Assembly: GCA_018650165.1 (NCBI GenBank)
Contig: JABIGM010000059.1
Location: 1-13,082 of the forward strand
Source: Methanobacteriota archaeon
Lineage (GTDB): Archaea > Thermoplasmatota > Poseidoniia > Poseidoniales > Poseidoniaceae
Direction: 5' to 3'
DNA length: 13,082 nt
The notes beneath the pieces were generated by a model. The model saw nothing but the letters and a program-made list of their open reading frames with translations, made no database searches and was not told where the DNA came from. The translations under genes and the position numbers were made by a program. Shown in pieces: positions 1-7,396 of the stretch (position 1 is its first letter; the number at the start of each line of letters is the position of its first letter).

Positions 1-2
1 TC

Positions 3-305
3 GTAACAATTGATACTAGACGACAGATTCGTTGGCCGGGTTCACTGCATGGTAAAAGCGGTATGAAAGTTACAGAATTCCCATTATCGCGACTCGACCC
101 AGATGGTTCAAACTCTTTTGACTGTCTAAGTGAGGGTATTGCCCTCTCGAGAGAGGGTTCTGTAAAAGTCGAAATGGTTGTTGATGATGCGATTGCTCGG
201 TTCGATGACATCGTTGTTGATGCCTCTAAAGGAGACATTATAGAGATTCATGAAGCAGGCGCTACTTTCCTAATTTTGAAAGGTTGGGCCCGATTGGTAA
301 GTTAG
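3..305 (+). CDS. priS: DNA primase small (catalytic) subunit, 3' part only (5'-truncated by window edge)
   Basis: The frame is open from position 3, upstream of the track's ATG at 63: VTIDTRRQIRWPGSLHGKSGMKV. This matches the archaeal PriS signature VTxDxxRxIRxPGSLHGKxG. The tail (GDIIEIHEAGATFLILKGWA) resembles the euryarchaeal PriS C-terminal extension. Confidence 0.88.
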   Translation, partial: VTIDTRRQIRWPGSLHGKSGMKVTEFPLSRLDPDGSNSFDCLSEGIALSREGSVKVEMVVDDAIARFDDIVVDASKGDIIEIHEAGATFLILKGWARLVS

Positions 306-375
306 GTCCTAGACCCTACGGAGTATGGTACTTACAATGGGAATGTTCAAGGGCAGATTACTGCCCACAAGGGTT

Positions 376-381
376 GAGGTG
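376..381 (+). promoter_or_regulatory. Shine-Dalgarno site GAGGTG for the ORF starting at 388
   Basis: GAGGTG is complementary to the archaeal 16S 3' end and lies 6 nt before ATG 388. This supports 388 rather than 325 as the start. Confidence 0.7.
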
Positions 382-387
382 CACAGG

Positions 388-1512
388 ATGGGACTGGGCA
401 AGAAGAAAAAGGACGGCACTAATTTACCCCCTCCACCAGGTCTTATGCCTCTACCACCACCCCCTGCCCCCGGCATGCCTTTACCTCCTCCACCGGCTCC
501 CGGTATGCCATTACCACCTGCCCCTAATATGGCTGCATCCTTGCCTCCCGCTCCACAAATGTCTCCGGCTGCACCACCACCGGTTCCCACTCCTGTAGCA
601 GCGGCACCTCCAATTGCGGCTCCACCAGCTCCATTACCTGCTATCGAGGCTTTACCACCAAGTGTGCCACAAACTCCAGCAGTAACCCCAGTTGCCCAAT
701 CCGATGCTGATTCCTATTCAGGACTGTACGCTAAGAAGAGCGGAAAACCTCTGCAACAAGTTTATGGACACATAGAAAGAATCAGTCAAGGCGATATTGG
801 AAGTTTACTCGACCGTTATTCAGATCGATTCGGGCACGAGTTAGACCGTGACATAATTGTTATGAGAAAGGATGAGCGGGAAGATAAGATTGCCGTGATT
901 CGTGATTCGCCAACAGTTGAGTTGCTCAACCAAGTAGAGGAAGATGAAAGTGCACTTGAACCAGATACGCTAGTCGAGTTAAACACTCAATTAAAGACAG
1001 TTGAAGACGAATTGCGTCGCCTCAAGCCGGAATACCAAGCAGCAAAAGAAGAAGGTGACCGCGAATTACTACGTGAATTGAGGCCTTCTCTTGAATCCCT
1101 TATGGCTGAGAGGAAGTTATTGAAGGCTGTAATTTCTGGCGAAACTGACATCGATGAACTATTCAAAAACGACAATTCCGAAGATGTACCTGAGGCTGAG
1201 TCCGCAGAAGAATACGAAGAAGAGGATGATCAAGTTGAAGGTGATTTGTTCATTGATTTTGTTGCAATTGTAGATGCTCTTTTGGGAAATAACCTTTCTG
1301 AAGATGCAATTAGTACTTTTTCTCAATCTGATGGATTCGAGATTTTCAAGGCCGTAGGCTCTTCCCCGGGAGATGCTGATGAAAGTGAACGCTCAGAATT
1401 CTTTTCAGTAATTGACAAATTGTTAGGCGGAATGCCTGACGAGGCCGTCCATGGATTCGTGGAATCGGATGATTTCGAAATTTACCGAGCAATCGGTGCA
1501 ATGTATAGTTAA
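388..1512 (+). CDS. Hypothetical protein (374 aa): Lys-rich N-terminus, proline-rich low-complexity region, predicted helical hairpin/coiled coil, acidic linker, duplicated C-terminal module
   Basis: Long ORF with an RBS and no recognisable family motif. It has 40 Pro in an 88-residue stretch and no evident signal peptide or TM segment. Confidence 0.8.
   Translation: MGLGKKKKDGTNLPPPPGLMPLPPPPAPGMPLPPPPAPGMPLPPAPNMAASLPPAPQMSPAAPPPVPTPVAAAPPIAAPPAPLPAIEALPPSVPQTPAVTPVAQSDADSYSGLYAKKSGKPLQQVYGHIERISQGDIGSLLDRYSDRFGHELDRDIIVMRKDEREDKIAVIRDSPTVELLNQVEEDESALEPDTLVELNTQLKTVEDELRRLKPEYQAAKEEGDRELLRELRPSLESLMAERKLLKAVISGETDIDELFKNDNSEDVPEAESAEEYEEEDDQVEGDLFIDFVAIVDALLGNNLSEDAISTFSQSDGFEIFKAVGSSPGDADESERSEFFSVIDKLLGGMPDEAVHGFVESDDFEIYRAIGAMYS
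445..526 (+). repeat. Coding tandem repeat with 30-nt period (MPLPPPPAPG x2 plus partial MPLPPAP)
   Basis: ATGs at 445, 475 and 505. Copies 1 and 2 encode identical peptides and differ only at synonymous positions. Confidence 0.9.
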
Positions 1513-1517
1513 GGTGA
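1512..1517 (+). promoter_or_regulatory. Shine-Dalgarno site AGGTGA for the ORF at 1524
   Basis: Overlaps the upstream stop codon and lies 6 nt before ATG 1524. Confidence 0.7.
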
Positions 1518-1523
1518 GAAAAT

Positions 1524-2429
1524 ATGGGATTACTTGACAAAGTCGACAATCTTGATGCAGGAAAACCAGCTAAGGCTGTTCCTAAGAAAGCAGCCCCAAA
1601 AAAAGTTGTGCCGAGAAAAGCAACAGCGAAGAAAGCAGTCGCTAAAAAGGCCACACCTGTTGCAGCTAAAGCAGCAAAACCAGCGCGAGCAGCAAAACCA
1701 GCAGCTCCAGAAAAAATACGCCCAACTGGGCTACCTGAGGGCTATGAATTATCTGGATCAATGCCAAGATACATTGGATGGCTAATCAATTTCGCTTGGA
1801 ACTTTGGTGTACTCATTGCAACAATTGCAATCGCTTCTGTGTCTGCTTCAGACTATACATTCTCGTGGCTCGCAGCAGGTTTGATGATTATCATTAATTG
1901 GCTTGTGATTCCAATATGGATGGGGCGCAATATTGGAGAATTCGTCTCACGTACAAAATACATAAATTCCTCTGGAAACAAACCATTCGTACTTCATGCA
2001 GTATTGAATAACAGTCTTGGTTTTATGTTCTTATTTGGATTTATCATGATATTCATGAATTTCAAGGAACTAGGAGTATCATCATCAGCAATGACTTGGC
2101 TGATAGTAGGTGTATTGTTTATGATTATCTGGGTAGTTAATTTCTTCTTCAAGAAAAATTCAGACTTCTCTCAAGGCTTGTTCGACCTGGCATTTAGTTC
2201 ATATCTGGTTAAGCACGTCGCTTCCGGAACTGAAACTGGATGGATGGCGCGATTCGACGGCCTAGGTGACTTTGGAGACAAGTGGCAGCAAAAGCAACTT
2301 GCCAAGCAGGAAAAGGTACAACAAAAAGCAGAAGCAGCAGCTCTGGCAAGTGAAGAATCCAATGATGATTCTACAAAGAAGGCTGTTGCAAAGAAAATTG
2401 TACCTGATGCCGAATTGTCCGAGGACTGA
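1524..2429 (+). CDS. Membrane protein, degenerate RDD family, with Lys/Ala/Pro-rich (histone H1-like) N-terminal tail
   Basis: About 4 hydrophobic segments. RDD-like motifs: PRYIGWLINF (R..A..ID), MGRNIGEFVSRTKYINSSGNKP (G.T.GK....+VV..dG..P) and QGLFDLAFSSYLVK (Q.lhD....T.Vv). N-terminal KKAAPKK/KKAVAKK repeats. Confidence 0.65.
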   Translation: MGLLDKVDNLDAGKPAKAVPKKAAPKKVVPRKATAKKAVAKKATPVAAKAAKPARAAKPAAPEKIRPTGLPEGYELSGSMPRYIGWLINFAWNFGVLIATIAIASVSASDYTFSWLAAGLMIIINWLVIPIWMGRNIGEFVSRTKYINSSGNKPFVLHAVLNNSLGFMFLFGFIMIFMNFKELGVSSSAMTWLIVGVLFMIIWVVNFFFKKNSDFSQGLFDLAFSSYLVKHVASGTETGWMARFDGLGDFGDKWQQKQLAKQEKVQQKAEAAALASEESNDDSTKKAVAKKIVPDAELSED

Positions 2430-2431
2430 GT

Positions 2432-3367
2432 ATGTCAAGCCGTATGGCAACATGGAGTGGCTATGCCATAATCACCCTAATTCCAATTACTTTTGCCGCT
2501 TCATATTTCATCCCATATGGTCTGATTTCAATTCCAATATGCTTGATGATAATATTTCACCAGGTTATTTTGCGGGGTATATTCAAGGGTCCTAATTATC
2601 GTAGCGAAGCTTTCTCAGATCCAGAATGGGAAGTTATTTCTCTAAATAATAATGGATTCGAGGTATATGGCTTTGTTAATTGGCAACCGAATGATGCAGA
2701 CATGGTTGTTTTCGTCCACGGGTGGCAATCATCAAGCGAGAAGTACACCGAGCGTATGCGGATATTTATGGATAAAAAAATCCACACGTTAGCGATTGAT
2801 ATGCGTGGTCATGGGATGGCAGCTGATACATTTGAATGGACTGCTGGAAAGGTTATTTCTGACATCAAGGCGTTACTGGAGTCATTAGATAATAGTAGAA
2901 TCAATAAAATTCACTTTTATGGACACAGTTTAGGAGGATTTGTCTGTATCGGAATGCATCACCACCGCCACCAAGGGTGGTGGAAAGAACGGTATGGAAC
3001 TCTAATGTTAGAGAGCCCTATGGTGGCCTATTCTCCAATAATGGAGGAAATGGCTCCAAGCATACCATTGATGCTTCCACTTCTAAAAAAGTGGGCCGTC
3101 AGAGGGTTCAACCGAATCCACCCCGAAGTTAGAGGTTTGCAATGGAGCGATATTGATGTCCCAGATTGGGGCTTGCCAGACTGTCCAACTTTACTTCTAC
3201 AGGCAGCAAATGATAGGCGCTTAGGACGATTTCATTATGACCTACTGTTAGAGCAAGACATAAATTTAGAGTCCCATTTGATTGAATCTTTGCCACATTC
3301 AGGTAATAGAACAAATTCAGATAGAGATAAACTAATTTCCGACTGGATAGATAATAAAATTCTATAA
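2432..3367 (+). CDS. Alpha/beta-fold serine hydrolase with N-terminal membrane anchor
   Basis: VVFVHGW oxyanion motif, IDMRGHG, nucleophile elbow GHSLGG, and candidate Asp (NDRRL) and His (LPHS). Two N-terminal hydrophobic stretches. GAGGA lies 5 nt before the ATG. Confidence 0.85.
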   Translation: MSSRMATWSGYAIITLIPITFAASYFIPYGLISIPICLMIIFHQVILRGIFKGPNYRSEAFSDPEWEVISLNNNGFEVYGFVNWQPNDADMVVFVHGWQSSSEKYTERMRIFMDKKIHTLAIDMRGHGMAADTFEWTAGKVISDIKALLESLDNSRINKIHFYGHSLGGFVCIGMHHHRHQGWWKERYGTLMLESPMVAYSPIMEEMAPSIPLMLPLLKKWAVRGFNRIHPEVRGLQWSDIDVPDWGLPDCPTLLLQAANDRRLGRFHYDLLLEQDINLESHLIESLPHSGNRTNSDRDKLISDWIDNKIL

Positions 3368-4408
3368 TCACTCTTCTTCAGTAAGTGCGGCTTGTTCACG
3401 AGCTAGTTCGCGCATGTCTTCATGTTCATCTAATTCATCTACAATTTCTTCCCCGAGCAATGTTTCAATTACATCTTCCATGGTAATAATGCCCGAAGTA
3501 CCGCCAAATTCGTCAACTACTGCTAGAATTTGCACCTTAGACTCTAGGAACCTGTCGAGTGCCAAATGAAGACTATCATCCATTTCAATAGTTAATAGAG
3601 GCTTAATTAATTCTGATAATTTCCTATCCCATTCATCCATTGACGCAGCCATCAATATGTCTGATCTCAAAACAAAACCGGAAAGTGAATCAATTTCTTC
3701 TGAATAAACTGGCATTCTACCGAAACGAAGAATTTTTGTTTCATCTAGCACCTGCCTAATGGTCCAATCATGGTTGAAGGCGAGAGTCACTGTTCTAGGA
3801 GTCATTACATCCTTGACCGGTATCTCTCGCAATGCCAATAGATTGTGAATGATAGCCTCTTCATCCTCGTCTAGTTCACCTTCTTCTTCACTAATATCTG
3901 CAAGCGCATGGAGTTCGTCTCTAGTGACAAGTGCTGTTTCTGCCTTTGGCAATAATCGCTTAAACCACAGCAGGGGTATAAAGAAAGGTGAAAGTAATTT
4001 TGTTAGGCCTGTTAATATTACCCCAGACGGTCCAGACAATAGTTTCCAATAGGCCGAACCTAATGTCTTTGGAATAATTTCTGAAAAGAATAAAACTGCC
4101 AAAGTTAGTATCACAGATGCAATAGTTAACTTATCATCCCCCCAGATGTTTGCAACTTCAGCACCAACACCTGCTGCACCCATAGTATGTGCAACTGTAT
4201 TCAGAGTCAATATTGCAGTCAACGGTTTGACTGAATCATCTTGTTTGAGAATTGACCATCTTGCACCATTTTTGCCACCACTCTTGTTAATGATACTGAC
4301 ATGTGACAATGACATAGAGAGCAGTACTGCTTCTAGCAGCGAACATAAGAAAGAAATCCCCAGTGCTAGGGATGAATAAATAATCAGCATTGAATAGTCT
4401 GCTTCCAT
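3368..4408 (-). CDS. CNNM (DUF21) + CBS-pair membrane protein (hemolysin/CorB-CorC-like, putative Mg/metal transport)
   Basis: SFLCSLLEAVLLS, AILTLNTVAHTMGAAGVG, SEIIPKTLG, VKDVMTPR, GRMPVY and VVDEFGGTSGIITMEDVIETLLGEEIVDE. The start is placed at ATG 4408 (4390 is also possible); the track's 4483 extension looks non-coding. Confidence 0.9.
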   Translation of the reverse strand: MEADYSMLIIYSSLALGISFLCSLLEAVLLSMSLSHVSIINKSGGKNGARWSILKQDDSVKPLTAILTLNTVAHTMGAAGVGAEVANIWGDDKLTIASVILTLAVLFFSEIIPKTLGSAYWKLLSGPSGVILTGLTKLLSPFFIPLLWFKRLLPKAETALVTRDELHALADISEEEGELDEDEEAIIHNLLALREIPVKDVMTPRTVTLAFNHDWTIRQVLDETKILRFGRMPVYSEEIDSLSGFVLRSDILMAASMDEWDRKLSELIKPLLTIEMDDSLHLALDRFLESKVQILAVVDEFGGTSGIITMEDVIETLLGEEIVDELDEHEDMRELAREQAALTEEE

Positions 4409-4537
4409 AGGGTTCAACGAATCCTCGGCCAATCGGCCCAATCCCTGTGTATAGTTCCAAGTTCTTGAGGGTTGCCGATACAATTCTTTGCACAGAACTC
4501 ATGTAGTTCATTGCATCCCACAGGCTAGGTGACACCT

Positions 4538-6766
4538 GTGAGCGGCGAACATGTCCTTATTTGTGTAGCTTGGCCATATGCAAATGGCCCCCTCCACTTG
4601 GGACATGTTGCTGGTTGTTATTTACCCCCAGACATCCAATCCAGGTTTGAACGTGCAAAGGGCAACAGGGTGCTGATGGTCTCTGGTTCCGATGAGCATG
4701 GAACACCAATCACTGTAACTGCAGAAACACAGGGAATAACCCCCCAAGACGTAGTTGATAAGTACCATTCTCTAAATTCTAAAGCCCTCCTAGACTTAGG
4801 CTGCACTTGGGAGCCGAATATCGATGTTCGTGGCGCTGAATTCGGAGGTTCACTATTCAATCGAACCAGTGACCCAGAACACCATGAAGTGGTTTCTGAA
4901 AACTTTATTTCGCTACTTGAATCCGGACTATTTGAACGAAAAGTAATGCAGCAATATTACGAAATGCGCGAGGATGGGGGGCGTTTTCTTCCCGATCGCT
5001 ATGTAGAGGGAGATTGCCCAAATTGTGGTGAAAGTGGTGCACGAGGCGACCAGTGCGATGATTGTGGAGTTACATATGAATCTCATGAGTTGTTAAATCC
5101 TCAATCTAAAATGAACCCTGGTGCAAAAATTGAAATTCGTGATACAGAGCACTTTTTCTATCGGCTAGATATATTCCAAGAAGTTCTTGAGCAGCATGCA
5201 AGTTCGCAACAAGGAAAATGGAAACCAAATGTTCGTGCCATGACAAAGCAATGGTTAGACATGGGCCTGCGTCCCAGAGCAGTCACCAGAGATTTAGACT
5301 GGGGAATCAAATTGCCATTAGATGGTAGTGAATGGGATGGCAAATGTATCTATGTCTGGTTTGAAGCAGTTCAGGGTTACTACTCATGTGCAAAATTATG
5401 GTCAAAGCGCTATGCGGGTGATACTGATTGGGAGAAATGGTGGAAAATTGCTGCCGATGGAACCAAACCTAGGCATCTATATTTCTTGGGGAAGGATAAC
5501 ATTCCATTCCATACCGTCATTTGGCCTGCATTAATTATGGGTCTAAATCATGCACAAAAAGGATTGACTGCAAGCGACCCCCCTGCTCTGCCAGGTCCCG
5601 GAGAATTAAATCTGGAGTACAATGTGCCAGCGATGGAATATCTGATGCTTTCCGGTGGTCAATTTTCAAAGTCTAGGCGTCATGCGGTTTGGCTTCCTTC
5701 GTTTTTGGAGAGATTTGATGCCGATACTCTCCGTTATTACCTTTCTATAAACATGCCCGAAAACCATGATACTGATTTTAATTGGCCAGATTTTGTTGAA
5801 AAAATAAATTCGGAACTAATAGGTGCGTATGGTAATTTTGTCCACCGGGTCCTGACTTTGGGTGAAAGATTGCCGAGTGAAAGAAATTTGCTGGCTTTCG
5901 AGAATTTAGACTATTGTGATGAAGAAATGAAAAAACTCGAAGATATCCATAGGCAAGTAACTACGAGTTTAGAGAGGCATCGTTTCAAAGAAGCATTGCG
6001 CGGGGTTATGAGTGCCTCTCAAATGGGTAACCAAATGCTGCAAGCCGCAACACCGTGGAAGTTTTTGAAAGACTTAGATGGAGAGGGTGCAAGTGAATCT
6101 CTTGCGAAATTATCCTTCGGCTGGCGTGTTTCTCGATTCCTAGCCATAATGACACAACCATTCTTGCCTTTTAGCGCCCAACGACTATGGAAAGCCTTGG
6201 GCCATGAAGGCGATGTTGCACTTACTCCATGGGATTCGGCTATAGATTGGAATGTGTCTATACTGTCATCAGATTCTAAAGCCGAACCATTATTCCAAAG
6301 ATTAGATCTTGAAGAGATACTTGCACAAGAGCAATCCTTGGCAAGTGAAGATTCTGATACTAAACATGACCCTGGGCATAGTGTCAAGGGTGGTAAAAAA
6401 CAAAATAAGGAGGAACGAAAAATGCCAGAAGGAACAACACATCTTGACTTTGAAACTTTTATGGAAGTCGAACTGAAAGTAGGTAAGATTACTGATGTAA
6501 GCGACCATGAAAATGCTGACAAATTATACGTCGTGTCCATCGATGATGGAAGTGATGATGGAAGAACTATTTGCGCCGGTCTAAAGGAATACTATTCCGC
6601 TGAGGAGATGCTTGGGAAAGCAGTTGTATTTGTTGCTAATTTGAAGCCACGTAAACTACGTGGAATCATGAGTGAAGGTATGATGCTTGCAGCAGATGAT
6701 GGTAACGGCGGCGTCCGCCTGATCACCATAGATGGTGACATCGCTCCCGGTTCACAAGTCCGTTAA
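4538..6766 (+). CDS. metG: Methionine--tRNA ligase with C-terminal tRNA-binding (Trbp111-like OB) domain
   Basis: PYANGPLHLGH (HIGH motif), SDEHGTP, FLPDRYVEGDCPNC...GDQCDDCG Zn knuckle, YVWFEA, GKDNIPFH, QFSKSR (KMSKS) and C-terminal NLKPRKLRGIMSEGMMLAA. The start is likely GTG 4538, with AGGTGA at 4527-4532. Confidence 0.97.
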   Translation: MSGEHVLICVAWPYANGPLHLGHVAGCYLPPDIQSRFERAKGNRVLMVSGSDEHGTPITVTAETQGITPQDVVDKYHSLNSKALLDLGCTWEPNIDVRGAEFGGSLFNRTSDPEHHEVVSENFISLLESGLFERKVMQQYYEMREDGGRFLPDRYVEGDCPNCGESGARGDQCDDCGVTYESHELLNPQSKMNPGAKIEIRDTEHFFYRLDIFQEVLEQHASSQQGKWKPNVRAMTKQWLDMGLRPRAVTRDLDWGIKLPLDGSEWDGKCIYVWFEAVQGYYSCAKLWSKRYAGDTDWEKWWKIAADGTKPRHLYFLGKDNIPFHTVIWPALIMGLNHAQKGLTASDPPALPGPGELNLEYNVPAMEYLMLSGGQFSKSRRHAVWLPSFLERFDADTLRYYLSINMPENHDTDFNWPDFVEKINSELIGAYGNFVHRVLTLGERLPSERNLLAFENLDYCDEEMKKLEDIHRQVTTSLERHRFKEALRGVMSASQMGNQMLQAATPWKFLKDLDGEGASESLAKLSFGWRVSRFLAIMTQPFLPFSAQRLWKALGHEGDVALTPWDSAIDWNVSILSSDSKAEPLFQRLDLEEILAQEQSLASEDSDTKHDPGHSVKGGKKQNKEERKMPEGTTHLDFETFMEVELKVGKITDVSDHENADKLYVVSIDDGSDDGRTICAGLKEYYSAEEMLGKAVVFVANLKPRKLRGIMSEGMMLAADDGNGGVRLITIDGDIAPGSQVR

Positions 6767-7396
6767 TCAAATACGTTCTCTGACAGCATCCATTACTTTA
6801 CGCGAAAGTTCGCGTGATTGTGCAAGGATATATGGGGCGCCTTTTCGAATTTCTACGGCCATGTCGTCAGGTAAACTGCCTAAGTTGATATCGACATTGA
6901 ATAGTGCGCCTTTGCAAGCTGCACTGGCTAGTAAACCTGCCACGCCCACATCAGATGCAGCATTAGAATTGCCTTTAATCGCTAATTCAGGCAATAATTC
7001 TAGTAACTTCAGTGCCAATTGGGCTGTTTCAAATGGTTTTTCAGTAGCGCCTAGCGTAGCCTGCCGAATTGCATACCTACGAGATTCCTTTTCTGTTTCT
7101 GTTTCTTTAGGTAATTTGAACGAAGCCATTACCTCATCAAAGGCGTCACTATCTTCATCCGCCAATGCACCTGCGCGCATCATTATTCCCACAGATTCTG
7201 AAAGTGTCTTATCAGCTATGTCCCATCCGTCTTTCCACTTATCTTTTCCAAGGGTTAAATCACAAACCATAATTGCCAGTGCGGATGCTTGGCCAAGAGC
7301 AATTGCAGCAGCAGTGCCACCACCGGGTGTGGGTGATGATGAGGCTAGTGCTGCTTGGAAGTCACGAAGTGTCATTTCCATCCATGGTGTTTTCAT
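6767..7396 (-). CDS. fchA: Formimidoyltetrahydrofolate cyclodeaminase (FTCD C-terminal-domain family)
   Basis: LASSSPTPGGGTAAA, DEDSDAFDEVMASFKLPK, GNSNAASDVGVA and NVDINL. GGAGG RBS at 7408-7404. Confidence 0.9.
   Translation of the reverse strand: MKTPWMEMTLRDFQAALASSSPTPGGGTAAAIALGQASALAIMVCDLTLGKDKWKDGWDIADKTLSESVGIMMRAGALADEDSDAFDEVMASFKLPKETETEKESRRYAIRQATLGATEKPFETAQLALKLLELLPELAIKGNSNAASDVGVAGLLASAACKGALFNVDINLGSLPDDMAVEIRKGAPYILAQSRELSRKVMDAVRERI

Noticed and set aside
63-305. 80-aa standalone ORF; its tail resembles a GINS B-domain
   Set aside because: The frame is open upstream and carries the PriS RxPGSLHGK signature, so it is the end of priS.
284-598. Alternative-frame ORFs 284-598 (+) and the Gly-rich 309-590 (-)
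   Set aside because: These are shadows of the CC-rich proline codons and have no independent support.
1346-2595. Short overlapping ORFs (987-1175, 1346-1654, 1534-1785, 2171-2362, 2262-2453, 2266-2595)
   Set aside because: They are antisense or off-frame shadows of low-complexity coding regions, with no RBS or motifs.
4409-4528. Small palindromes in the CNNM/metG spacer (GGCC-aatc-GGCC; GAACT-catgt-AGTTC) and the track's N-terminal extension to 4483
   Set aside because: Stems of 4-5 bp are at chance level, and the extension has no family similarity.
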